From: Halioglobus sp.
GTDB taxonomy: Bacteria > Pseudomonadota > Gammaproteobacteria > Pseudomonadales > Halieaceae
Direction of reading: 5' to 3'
DNA length: 64,000 nucleotides
NCBI GenBank assembly: GCA_965262875.1
Contig: CBDHGD010000002.1
Span: forward strand, 42,984 to 106,983
Below the pieces are notes generated by a model. It saw only the letters and a list, made by a program, of their open reading frames with translations. It was not told the DNA's origin and ran no database searches. This document shows, in pieces, positions 8,119 through 17,664 of the stretch (position 1 is the stretch's first letter; each line of letters opens with the position of its first letter). The position numbers and the translations under genes were made by a program.

Positions 8119-9814
8119 GCGTGCGCATTTGACATGTGGAAACCAAGCTCACGCCTATGCCCCGATGGGGAATGATCAGGATCGTTTGATCGAAGGTCAG
8201 GCGGGTAACATCGGAATTATTACTGCCTATAATGACATGTTGTCTGCCCATCAGCCGTTCAAGGAATACCCGGATCTGATCAAAGAAGCAGCGCGCAGGG
8301 TTGGTGCTACAGCGCAAGTAGCCGCAGGCGTGCCTGCTATGTGCGATGGAATTACCCAAGGCCAGACAGGCATGGAACTATCCCTATTCAGCCGCGATAC
8401 AATTGCAATGTCTGCCGCTATTGGGCTGGCACATAATGTTTTTGACAGCACCATCTATCTGGGTGTCTGCGACAAGATTGTTCCAGGGCTTGTGATTGCT
8501 GCCGCCACATTTGGTCACTTGCCTGCGGTGTTTCTGCCAGCGGGCCCAATGACCACAGGAGTTGCCAATGACGAAAAGGCCAAAGTGCGCCAGGGTTTTG
8601 CCGAAGGCAAAGTTGATCGCGCGGCTTTAATGGCCTCTGAAATGGCCAGCTATCACGGACCTGGGACGTGTACATTTTATGGCACGGCCAACACCAACCA
8701 AATGTTGATGGAATTCATGGGTCTTCATTTGCCTGGTTCTAGCTTCGTTAACCCTAACACGCCGCTTCGCGACGCGCTTACGCAGTTTGGTGCACGCCAA
8801 GCCTTGGCAATTTCAGATCTGGGATCGCAATATACTCCCGTTGCACAGATATTGGATGCGCGTGCCTACATCAATGGTATTGTTGGGTTGATGGCAACAG
8901 GTGGATCAACAAATCTGTTAATCCACCTGCTAGCAATGGCGCGCACCAGTGGTATCATTTTGGATTGGTCAGATTTTGCTGAAATTTCCCAAGCGGTGCC
9001 CCTGTTGGCACGCGTTTATCCAAACGGGTTGGCGGATGTAAATCATTTCCATGCCGCAGGTGGTTTGGGTTTGGTTATTTCGGAATTGTTGAATGCCAAA
9101 TTGTTGCACGATGATACGCAAACCATCATGGGCAAGGGGTTGACTGAATATACAAAGGACCCAAAGTTGGTAGATGGTGAACTGGATTGGGTTGCTGGGG
9201 TCAGTGAATCCTTGAACAGCAAGATCATCGCGACCTCAGCCACCCCGTTTCAAGCGTCTGGTGGCCTTTCCAATCTGAAAGGTAATCTTGGCAGTGCCGT
9301 GATGAAAGTGTCTGCTGTGGCTGAAGAGCGCCGTATCACCAAGGCGCCCGTTCGTGTGTTTTGTGATCAGCAATCTGTGCTGGATGCGTTTCGGGCCGAA
9401 GAATTCAAATCCGATGTGATTGTCGTTGTGCGCTATCAGGGGCCACGATCAAACGGGATGCCTGAACTGCACAATCTGACGCCTTGTTTGGCGGTGCTGC
9501 AAAGGCGAGGCATTAAGGTGGCCTTGGTCACCGATGGCCGTATGTCTGGCGCATCGGGTAAAGTGCCCGCTGCCATTCACGTGGCACCTGAGGCTTTGGA
9601 TAATGGACCAATTGCCTACTTGCGCGATGGTGATATCGTAACCGTGGATGCTGTTTTGGGTGTTTTAATGGTTGAGGACGATACTATTTTTGAGCGCGAG
9701 ATTAAACATCCAGATCTGAATAATAATAACATCGGCTTGGGCCGTGAATTATTTGAAACGTTTCGCAAAAATGTGGGGCCTGCAGAAACGGGCGCTTCGG
9801 TTTTTAATTTATAG
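8006..9814 (+). CDS. edd: phosphogluconate dehydratase (Entner-Doudoroff)
   Basis: 602 aa; [36 protein letters not shown] and [10 protein letters not shown] match Edd/IlvD-family signatures. Confidence 0.95.
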   Translation: MSIHPILQSVTSKIQKRSEALRTAYLDRMDQARKDGPKRAHLTCGNQAHAYAPMGNDQDRLIEGQAGNIGIITAYNDMLSAHQPFKEYPDLIKEAARRVGATAQVAAGVPAMCDGITQGQTGMELSLFSRDTIAMSAAIGLAHNVFDSTIYLGVCDKIVPGLVIAAATFGHLPAVFLPAGPMTTGVANDEKAKVRQGFAEGKVDRAALMASEMASYHGPGTCTFYGTANTNQMLMEFMGLHLPGSSFVNPNTPLRDALTQFGARQALAISDLGSQYTPVAQILDARAYINGIVGLMATGGSTNLLIHLLAMARTSGIILDWSDFAEISQAVPLLARVYPNGLADVNHFHAAGGLGLVISELLNAKLLHDDTQTIMGKGLTEYTKDPKLVDGELDWVAGVSESLNSKIIATSATPFQASGGLSNLKGNLGSAVMKVSAVAEERRITKAPVRVFCDQQSVLDAFRAEEFKSDVIVVVRYQGPRSNGMPELHNLTPCLAVLQRRGIKVALVTDGRMSGASGKVPAAIHVAPEALDNGPIAYLRDGDIVTVDAVLGVLMVEDDTIFEREIKHPDLNNNNIGLGRELFETFRKNVGPAETGASVFNL

Positions 9815-9820
9815 GAAAAT

Positions 9821-10474
9821 ATGATGAGTAAAATTACACCAATCGAAGCGAGTATTAGAACTTTAGAAATCTGCGAATTAGCACCAGTTATTCCTGTGCT
9901 GGTGGTTGATGACATATCAACAGCACAAGATTTGGGAATGGCGTTGGTTCGGGGCGGATTGCCTGTCCTAGAAGTTACTTTGCGCACGGAATGTGCATTG
10001 GATGCAATCGCCGCCATGGCCAATATCGAAGGTGGTATTGTTGGGGCAGGGACGTTAATCACGCCTCAAGACGTGGAAAATGCGGTGGCTGCTGGCGCAA
10101 CTTTTGGCGTATCACCTGGCGCAACGGATACTTTGATTAAGGCCTGCGAACAAGCTGGTTTGCCACTGCTGGTAGGTGCAACATCTGCAAGCGAGGCAAT
10201 GGCACTTTTGGAACGCGGATACACTGTACAAAAGTTTTTCCCAGCCGAGGCCGCAGGCGGAGCGCCGTTTTTAAAGTCAATCGCGTCACCACTACCCCAA
10301 ATTACTTTTTGCCCAACGGGTGGTATATCATTAAACAATGCAGCTGAATATTTGGTGTCTCCAAATGTAAAATGTGTTGGTGGGTCTTGGGTCGCGCAAA
10401 AAAATGCCATCAAGGATCGCGACTGGGCCGAAATTGAACGATTGGCCAGCGAAGCAGTTAAGGTATTGTCGTGA
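9821..10474 (+). CDS. eda: KDPG/KHG aldolase
   Basis: LPVLEVTLRTE, GAGT, KFFPAE and FCPTGGI motifs. Confidence 0.9.
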   Translation: MMSKITPIEASIRTLEICELAPVIPVLVVDDISTAQDLGMALVRGGLPVLEVTLRTECALDAIAAMANIEGGIVGAGTLITPQDVENAVAAGATFGVSPGATDTLIKACEQAGLPLLVGATSASEAMALLERGYTVQKFFPAEAAGGAPFLKSIASPLPQITFCPTGGISLNNAAEYLVSPNVKCVGGSWVAQKNAIKDRDWAEIERLASEAVKVLS

Positions 10475-10647
10475 GCAAAGACGTTCGTATTTTCTGGCAA
10501 ACCTTGCAGGATGATTGGGCACGTTTACGCTCCATTCATTTGCGCGATTTGTTTAAGATCGTCGCACTCATTTTGCCTCCCTTGGACCACCATGTCAGCG
10601 CAGGCTGTTGGTGCGACCGTTGTCAGAAAAAATTAGACGTAAGTTGA
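10471..10647 (+). pseudogene. pgi: possible glucose-6-phosphate isomerase N-terminal stub
   Basis: A GTG overlapping the eda stop, then W..L....W..L..IHLRDLF, which resembles a Pgi N-terminus for about 28 codons before it diverges and stops. 58 codons, below the track threshold. Confidence 0.4.
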
Positions 10648-10709
10648 ATGCCTGGTCAGGAGTGCTTTCCTGACCAGGATCAGTACCAAATTCGTGGAGA
10701 ATTCAGATG

Positions 10710-11720
10710 CTACGAAGTTCCGTATTTGGCATGTTTCCGCCTCTGGACTTCTCTGACGCGTTCGGTCGCTTCTTCCGACCCATCGTGGAAAGACCCAAAC
10801 CACTCATCCCAAGGCATTTCCGTTGTTCCGTAGTTACACTCAAAAAAGCGGTGGTGCAGTTGGTGGTGAAACTGGCCGGCCGCCATGAGTTTTTTGTCTT
10901 TCAAGAGAAGTTTCTCGAAGCCGGCGTGAGAAAACGCGGGCCCGAGGGCGTGAGAGTAGATATGAAACAGAAAGATCACTGGGTGACTTGGGACAACGAA
11001 ATGAATCAACACAGTCGTGAAGTAAAACAAGCTTTCACCGGGATGCATCGATAGCCCAGACCACGGTCCGACATTGATGTTTCTGTGGTGAACATAATGG
11101 ACGCGAGAGTAAAGCGGTGGCCAATGCAGCATACGGTGAATCCAGTAAAAATGCATAGATCGAAATGGCGAAATGAGAAACACGCTGAAGATGATCCAAT
11201 ACGGCGCATCGGAAAAAGAAAGTACAGGTGCGTATCCATTCGCCGCACCCCAAAAATAGAGCGCTTCCAACAATGTCCAAGCCGTGAGACCGCCTGCGAA
11301 ACTCCAGAACATGTTATCGCGAACCTGGTCTCTAAATGCATACATCCCGTTGTTCTTCATCATTGGGCGCGCATCGAATTTGAGCTTGTCTCCTTGGGCT
11401 GTAAAAGTGAACAAGAAAAGATGCAATGCGCCGGCGACGACCAATAGCAGGACGAGATTGCGGACATAGATGGTCGCAATCCAGTCAAAAGAGAGCGACT
11501 TCATTGTCTCCATGTCCGGCTGGAAATAGTTAAACACGATGAGTGAAAAGGACATGAATAGTGTTGCGGTGGATAGTGTGACCCAACGTTTCGTCAACCA
11601 GATGAACGCTGCTTTTGGTTTAGGTGGCCATGCCCAAACGGGCGAGTGACCGATGGGCAGCTTGGGATGGTATTTCCATTTTGTGCGCTTTGGCTTTTTG
11701 TTATCAGTGCTTGCAACCAT
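10710..11720 (-). CDS. fatty acid hydroxylase / sterol desaturase family membrane protein
   Basis: Histidine boxes HRMLH, HYVHHRN and HHQLHH, plus several hydrophobic segments. Confidence 0.8.
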   Translation of the reverse strand: MVASTDNKKPKRTKWKYHPKLPIGHSPVWAWPPKPKAAFIWLTKRWVTLSTATLFMSFSLIVFNYFQPDMETMKSLSFDWIATIYVRNLVLLLVVAGALHLFLFTFTAQGDKLKFDARPMMKNNGMYAFRDQVRDNMFWSFAGGLTAWTLLEALYFWGAANGYAPVLSFSDAPYWIIFSVFLISPFRSMHFYWIHRMLHWPPLYSRVHYVHHRNINVGPWSGLSMHPGESLFYFTTVLIHFVVPSHPVIFLFHIYSHALGPAFSHAGFEKLLLKDKKLMAAGQFHHQLHHRFFECNYGTTEMPWDEWFGSFHDGSEEATERVREVQRRKHAKYGTS

Positions 11721-11780
11721 ATTGCTTTCCTATCGTTTCGGTATGCAAGAGGCGTTTGCCCACTTTATCTGCAACCAGAC

Positions 11781-12620
11781 CTACGTGTGCAGAGGGCGCC
11801 TCTTGTCGATTGCTTCCAACAGCTTTTCATGTTCGCCCTCCAGCATCGCCGTCGACGCTGATGGGTCTGGGAATGAGCCCTCTTTGACTGCTTGCCGATA
11901 AGCCACTACCGCCTTTTTTCGCTCTTTGTTCAGCTTGTTGCGGATTGTTCTGACATCGCCGAACGCCCTTGCATGTCGCAGTGGGTTTTGATGTTCACCG
12001 CAAATATCTTCGGTGAACATCAAGATAATGTCACCGCCAGATCCGGATCCAATGGCGTGGGTGATGAGTGAGGTGTTGCGACTGATTGCGGTTACCGCTT
12101 CGGCCGCTACGCATTCCATTTCAACGGCGACCGCGCCAGCGTCCTCGAGCCGACGTACATCCTCAAATATCGTGATCGCTTCCTCCACGGTCTTGCCATA
12201 GGCGCGCAGACCACCGGTCGTGATGGATCGTCTCGGTACTAGGCCCACATGGCCCTCCACAGCAAATCCCTCTTTAGCCAACACCTCGACAACGTCCATT
12301 CTACGCAGGGTGTGAATCTGATCAGCCCCCGCTATTGCGACCCTAGCGGTCTCACGCAAAACGTCGTCTGTGGTCAGGAATTCGAAGCCGCCGAGAGCCG
12401 CCACAATATAAGTATTGGGTGCGACGGCCCGAGCTTTTTCTATGATTGAGCCAGAAACGCTTAACATATCAATGCCAGCCTCTGCGGCGGCTTCCGCCTC
12501 TTCCGGGTTCACAGCATGTAGTTGCGCGAGCGGGGTTCCAGCCGCCTTGGCCGCTCTGATGTCAGGAAGCGTCAAGTTTCGCGACTCATATCGGCGACCG
12601 TAGGTATAGATTTTTCTCAT
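11781..12620 (-). CDS. PanB-family (ketopantoate hydroxymethyltransferase-like) enzyme
   Basis: GHVGLVP...GG, LEDAGAVAVEMECV and AIGSGSGGD follow the PanB pattern GHLGLTPQ / LE.AGA..L.LECV / GIGAG. The N-terminal GDS motif is not conserved. Confidence 0.6.
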   Translation of the reverse strand: MRKIYTYGRRYESRNLTLPDIRAAKAAGTPLAQLHAVNPEEAEAAAEAGIDMLSVSGSIIEKARAVAPNTYIVAALGGFEFLTTDDVLRETARVAIAGADQIHTLRRMDVVEVLAKEGFAVEGHVGLVPRRSITTGGLRAYGKTVEEAITIFEDVRRLEDAGAVAVEMECVAAEAVTAISRNTSLITHAIGSGSGGDIILMFTEDICGEHQNPLRHARAFGDVRTIRNKLNKERKKAVVAYRQAVKEGSFPDPSASTAMLEGEHEKLLEAIDKRRPLHT

Positions 12621-12810
12621 TTATCGCTTTTCTGGGCCAAGATCACAGCCGCTGGAACCAATGGCATGCCCGAAGTTGCAGCGCAGTCAGCCCTAAACTG
12701 GTTGAAAAAATTGGGGCTATCCTATCTTCCCATAAAATGGTGGTGCAGAACCGCTCAGATGTCAACATCAAAATATTCGACTGTCGATAACATGGGATAT
12801 GACCGCTTTA

Positions 12811-14202
12811 TGTAACATTGCATCTGTCCGGTTTTAAGGTTCTCCGCAAGGAGAAGCAAAATGAACCAGACAGCAATATTACAGGAAGTAAGACAAATGA
12901 AGTTTTCAGAATACTATGGCCAAACCAAAGCGCGCAAATTGAGCCAGAGAGAGGCTGCGGGCCTTCTGGGGATGTCGGAGCGTAGTTTTCGACGATACGG
13001 TAAGCGCTTTGAGGCAGAAGGTGCTGACGGGCTGTTTGACCGCCGTCTTGCCAGGGTACCCCAGAACCGTGTTCCAGTTGATACGGTGAGTAAAATGCTG
13101 ACACTGTTTGATACCCGATATTGGGATTTCACCCCAAAGCATTTCCACGAGAAACTGGTATCAGAGCATGACTTCAATCACAGCTATAATTGGGTGCGTC
13201 TGACACTGCAAGCACGTGGCAGAGTGACGAAAGCATCACGGCGTGGGGCCCATCGCCGCAAGCGCGAGCGTCGCGCTCTTCCCGGGATGATGTTGCATCA
13301 AGCGCTGCCCGGCAGGGCCATGAAATGGCCTGAGAGGGGCGGGTCAAGCCATGAGTGGGTTCCGGGCAAATGGTGGGATCTGATCGTGACGATGGACGAT
13401 GCCACCAGCGATATCTACTCGGCGTTTTTTGTTGATGAAGAAGGGACGATGAGCAGTTTTGCGGGTGTGAGTGATGTTATTGTTTCAAAAGGTTTATTCT
13501 GTTCTCTCTATGCCGATAGAGGCAGCCACTACTGGCACACACCTGAGGCTGGCGGCAAAGTTGACAAGAGCAACCCGACCCAATTTGGGCGGGCTTTAAC
13601 CCAGCTTGGCATTGAATTGATACCGGCCTATTCGCCTGAGGCCCGCGGCCGCTCGGAACGCATGTTCGGGACGCTTCAAAACCGATTGCCTCAAGAACTG
13701 CGCTTAAACGGCATTACGACGATGGAAGAAGCCAATCGGTTTTTGATCGAAGAGTATCTGCCAGGCCATAATGAAAAATTTGCAATCAAGCCATCCGGTG
13801 ATGGATCAGCCTTTGTGCCGTTTGCTGGCGATCTGGCCAACGTTCTATGTGTGCAGGAAGAACGCGTGGTCGGAAAAGACAACACCGTTCGCTACAAAAA
13901 CCGGTGTCTTCAGATACCCGCAGATTGCCATCGGAACCACTACGTCAAAGCCCGTGTTCGGGTGCATGAATATCCAAACGGCCAGTTGGCGGTGTTCCAT
14001 GGCCCCAGAAAGCTTGCCATGTATGAACCCGATGGAACGGAGATTAAAGATGTTAAAGAACAGGCTGCGTGAACCGCTTCGACCAGCCGAACCACGGGTG
14101 AGGGTCTTGCTCGCCTACGGCTCCCAAAACCCTCACCCGTGGAAAACAGAAGCGGACAACTGCCATGGTACATAAACCGGACAACTCCAAATGTTTTTGA
14201 CA
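12811..14202 (+). mobile_element. ISNCY-type insertion sequence (rve/DDE transposase)
   Basis: Imperfect terminal inverted repeats: TGTAACATTGCATCTGTCCGGTTT on the left, and the complement of AAACCGGACAACTCCAAATGTTTTTGACA on the right. CGGACAACT is repeated subterminally. Confidence 0.7.
12861..14072 (+). CDS. ISNCY-family transposase (HTH + integrase-core)
   Basis: N-terminal HTH LSQREAAGLLGMSERSFRRY, then DLIVTMDDATS, YADRGSHY and SPEARGRSERMFGTLQNRL. Confidence 0.8.
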   Translation: MNQTAILQEVRQMKFSEYYGQTKARKLSQREAAGLLGMSERSFRRYGKRFEAEGADGLFDRRLARVPQNRVPVDTVSKMLTLFDTRYWDFTPKHFHEKLVSEHDFNHSYNWVRLTLQARGRVTKASRRGAHRRKRERRALPGMMLHQALPGRAMKWPERGGSSHEWVPGKWWDLIVTMDDATSDIYSAFFVDEEGTMSSFAGVSDVIVSKGLFCSLYADRGSHYWHTPEAGGKVDKSNPTQFGRALTQLGIELIPAYSPEARGRSERMFGTLQNRLPQELRLNGITTMEEANRFLIEEYLPGHNEKFAIKPSGDGSAFVPFAGDLANVLCVQEERVVGKDNTVRYKNRCLQIPADCHRNHYVKARVRVHEYPNGQLAVFHGPRKLAMYEPDGTEIKDVKEQAA

Positions 14203-14401
14203 CATCAAAATATTCGACTGTCAGATTTTGCAAAACCGCATGTTTTCAAGGCTGGATTACTTGTGGCTGCGGCGCGTTTTTTCTTTGCAACGGCAGCCTA
14301 AACGTAGGATTTGACACTCTGCGGAATAGACCCCGAATTGTTAATCTGTTACCAGCTTGAACTGTAATAATTTTTGGAATTAAAACGGGTAAGGATACGG
14401 C

Positions 14402-14776
14402 GTGAAAATATCTGCATCAGAGGCAGCAAAGAAGGTTGGAAAAAATGTTTCAACCATCACAAATGCCATAAAAAACGGCAAGTTACCGGCGAAAAAAAGG
14501 AAGGGCAAAACTGGCTGGGTTATCGAGACATCGGAACTGTTCAAGATATGGTCCGCTGTTTCAAACGACAGTGACGTTACTTCGACAACATCAGGAAGCG
14601 AAACCGATGTGTTGCAGGCGGAAATTAACCGGCTTCGTGAGATGCTCGACGAAACAAAAGCGGATCGTGATCGCTGGCGAGAGCAAGCAGAATGGACCAA
14701 GCCAGGGGGTTTTTGGCCCAAGAGGCTCAAAACTGCGAAAGGGGCCAAATTATATAACTGGTTGATAAAACGGTAG
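14402..14776 (+). CDS. HTH (excisionase/MerR-like) DNA-binding protein with coiled-coil tail
   Basis: ISASEAAKKVGKNVSTITNAIKNGKL HTH, GTG start, C-terminal LQAEINRLREMLDETKADRDRW. Confidence 0.4.
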   Translation: MKISASEAAKKVGKNVSTITNAIKNGKLPAKKRKGKTGWVIETSELFKIWSAVSNDSDVTSTTSGSETDVLQAEINRLREMLDETKADRDRWREQAEWTKPGGFWPKRLKTAKGAKLYNWLIKR

Positions 14777-14978
14777 TCACAAAGACGCTTTTGAAACAAA
14801 CTTGCAGTTTTCAAAAACTGTGGTTTCACAGGCTCACGCCTTTGCAAAATGTTTCAGCTGGCGGACGATCTTGGATCCATCAAGCGGGATTTTCTTGGCC
14901 GCGCGCATCAGTTAGGCCGAGACAGGCGGGTATGATGCTGTTATGGATGTCGGTAGAGTGACTTTGAAAGGTTCAACA

Positions 14979-15206
14979 ATGAGCACACTGACTTTTGATA
15001 AACTGTCCTTTGTGGACAAGCTGAAGGCTGGCGGGGTTTCGGATGAGCAAGCGCGTATCCATGCCGAGGCTTTGGAAGTGGCTTTGAATGAAACCGTCGC
15101 CACGAAAAGCGACTTGCGCGATCTTGAAATGCGTATGGTCAAATGGCTTATACCGCTTTTGCTTGGACAGGCTGCACTTGTCGCGGCTCTGGTGAAATTG
15201 CTTTAA
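14979..15206 (+). CDS. DUF1640-like coiled-coil protein with C-terminal membrane anchor
   Basis: FDKLSFVDKLKAGGVSDEQARIHAEAL...DLRDLEMRMVKWLIPLLLGQAALVAALVKLL. Paralogous architecture to 50151-50582. Confidence 0.5.
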   Translation: MSTLTFDKLSFVDKLKAGGVSDEQARIHAEALEVALNETVATKSDLRDLEMRMVKWLIPLLLGQAALVAALVKLL

Positions 15207-15643
15207 CCACGGCTAACCTGCTTAAAGCACTGACCCTTCACATCATCTTCGAAAAGCCAGTCCGCTCTCTGGTATCCGTCTGGAAACTTTGGTAAGGGTT
15301 CGCCACTGGAATTTTTTATATGGGTTTTCAATCCCCCAGATTGTGGGTTCCAGTGGGTTTGTTCTGTGTTTGGTGGTTGTCAAAGTCCACTGCTGAACAC
15401 GGAACAATACTCCCGAATATAAAATTTCAAACTGTGGCACCATGGTTACTTTGGAATCTAAAATGCGCTCAGATGCTTTTGTAAGGCGAAAATGTGTGTT
15501 TCAAGTGTAAAGGCACAGTTTTTTCTGGAGTGTGCCATGGCATTAAGTTTTTTTTGGGGGGGGCGAACTTGCTTACGTCAACATCTGAAAAGCGAATATG
15601 CCGACTTTCCAGTAACACAACCATTCATAAGGATATTGAGACA

Positions 15644-16762
15644 ATGAAAAACACCTTACTAACAACCACGGCCTTGGCCCTAACCAGCTTTGCGGGGACT
15701 GCAAGTGCAGTTGAAATTGCAGCAGGCGCTGTAAACCTCGAAATCAGCGGTTTTTTTAGAGCGACTGCTGCAATCTCCAATGTCGACCTCGGCGCGGGTT
15801 CTATTTATGACGGAAAAGACTACGATGGCTTTGACATTCTAACGAACTCTGAAATCCACTTCAAACCATCCATCACTTTGGACAATGGCATCAAAATTGG
15901 TGCAGACATCGAACTTGAAGGTAACACTTCTAGCGACCAAATCGACGAGTCAACAATCTTTGCTATTGGCGGCTTTGGTCGCGTAGAATTGGGATCAAAA
16001 GACTCTGCTGGTAAACTAATGCAAGTCGGTGCACCAGACGTGTCTATGGTTTATGCGAACTCTACATCTTTGGGAAGCTTTGTCCCTTTCTCTGGCCCAT
16101 CGACTTTCTTTGATTTTGCGGGTGATGCAGAACGTCTCACTTACTTTACGCCAGATTTCGGCGGTTTCAAAGTTGGCTTATCATATGCGCGTAATGCCAG
16201 CCAAGAGAGTGGCAAGGTAGACAACAACGAGGAGGCTGCAACTGATTTTATTGACCTTGGCATTACCTACAACGGCACAGTCGGGGAAGTAGGTATTGCC
16301 TTCTCTGCACGTTATGGAACCTCTGATGGCTTGAATATTTCTCAGGCTGATGCCGACGATTTAGCAGACGCTTTAAATGATGTTAATATTATATCTTTTG
16401 CTCGTGAGCTTAATCCGACAGTTGCGGGTGTTGGCCTTAAACTTGGCTTCGGCGACTTCTCAATCGGTGGTGGCTATGTAGAGGTTGACTCTGATATTGG
16501 TGGTCTCTCTAACGCTAAAACATACGATATTGGCGTAAGCTATGCGAATGGCCCAATGGGCTACTCATTGACATATGTCAAAGGTAAAAGCGTTGCCGAT
16601 CTAATAGAAAATACATCTATTGTTGCTGCTGCGACATACACATTGAATCCAAACTTTAAGGTTGGCGTATCCTTGGCATCTGTTGAAACAGATCTGGTTG
16701 GCGGCACTAATGGTGACATTGATGGGACTATTCTTGCTCTAAGCACTCAGTTTAACTTCTAG
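15644..16762 (+). CDS. outer-membrane porin
   Basis: Signal peptide MKNTLLTTTALALTSFAGTASA, alternating beta-strand pattern, terminal ...LSTQFNF. Start moved to ATG 15644. Confidence 0.8.
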   Translation: MKNTLLTTTALALTSFAGTASAVEIAAGAVNLEISGFFRATAAISNVDLGAGSIYDGKDYDGFDILTNSEIHFKPSITLDNGIKIGADIELEGNTSSDQIDESTIFAIGGFGRVELGSKDSAGKLMQVGAPDVSMVYANSTSLGSFVPFSGPSTFFDFAGDAERLTYFTPDFGGFKVGLSYARNASQESGKVDNNEEAATDFIDLGITYNGTVGEVGIAFSARYGTSDGLNISQADADDLADALNDVNIISFARELNPTVAGVGLKLGFGDFSIGGGYVEVDSDIGGLSNAKTYDIGVSYANGPMGYSLTYVKGKSVADLIENTSIVAAATYTLNPNFKVGVSLASVETDLVGGTNGDIDGTILALSTQFNF

Positions 16763-16788
16763 GTTAAACCGCTTATTGAAACTATTAA

Positions 16789-16816
16789 AAGGGAGGGCTT
16801 CGGTCTTCCCTTTTTC
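16789..16816 (+). terminator. rho-independent terminator after the porin gene
   Basis: AAGGGAGGGCTTCGGTCTTCCCTTTTTCC: a GC stem followed by a T-run. Confidence 0.6.
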
Positions 16817-16839
16817 CATGAAACTAAAAGAATAAACAA

Positions 16840-17664
16840 ATGAAATCAATCGTCTGGCTGGCCTCCTATCCGAAATCCGGCAACACTTGGCTGCGTGTGT
16901 TTCTGGCGAATTATGTGCGCAACAGCGCAGAACCCTGTCCCATCAATAAGATACACCATCTGGGGATAGGGGACTCCAGAGCCACGGCCTATAACATGGT
17001 CGCGAATGAGCCGTTTGATATCAACGATCCTATTCAAACCGTTAAATTACGGCGCGCCGTGCTACAGGCGATTGTGAACAACCGTGCAGATGTGAACTTT
17101 GTTAAAACCCACAATCAAAACGGCGTTGCTTTCGGGGTTCAATTGATCCCGCCCGAATTGACCCGATCCGCCATTTATATCTTGCGCAACCCTTTGGACA
17201 TGGTTGTGTCTTATGCCGATCACTATGGAGTTTCGATAGAGGATGCTGTCGTTGTCATCGGCCATAAGGACACAACGTTGCCAGGCGGGGATGAAAATGC
17301 CCATCAATTCCTCGGCAACTGGTCGAACCATGTGCTTGGCTGGACAAAGGCGCGGAAATTTCCGGTTTTGGCATTGCGCTATGAAGATATGCTGAAAGAC
17401 CCCTATGAAGCCTTTGATCAGGTTGTGCATCACATTGGTTTACCCATTGATCGCAAGCGACTTGAACGGGCGGTGCAGTTCTCGGATTTCAAAGCTTTAC
17501 GTCAACAGGAAAGCAAAACCCCTTTTATTGAAAAATCAGACAATCATGAACAGTTTTTCAGGTCTGGCAAATCAGGCCAATGGAAAACCGAACTTACAAG
17601 TGAACAGGTTGACAAGATTTTCAAGGCCCATGGCGGGGTCATGAAAAAATACGGGTATCTGTGA
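16840..17664 (+). CDS. sulfotransferase-domain protein 1
   Basis: PAPS-binding 5'-PSB motif YPKSGNTWLR and 3'-PB-like ILRNPLDMVVS. Confidence 0.8.
   Translation: MKSIVWLASYPKSGNTWLRVFLANYVRNSAEPCPINKIHHLGIGDSRATAYNMVANEPFDINDPIQTVKLRRAVLQAIVNNRADVNFVKTHNQNGVAFGVQLIPPELTRSAIYILRNPLDMVVSYADHYGVSIEDAVVVIGHKDTTLPGGDENAHQFLGNWSNHVLGWTKARKFPVLALRYEDMLKDPYEAFDQVVHHIGLPIDRKRLERAVQFSDFKALRQQESKTPFIEKSDNHEQFFRSGKSGQWKTELTSEQVDKIFKAHGGVMKKYGYL

Noticed and set aside
15494-15643. Long N-terminal extensions of track ORFs (porin from 15494; also 6358, 6869, 24279-25409, 34490, 46774, 51360, 55870)
   Set aside because: Internal ATGs with Shine-Dalgarno sequences coincide with the start of family similarity or of a signal peptide. 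The extensions overlap upstream genes or lack coding character.
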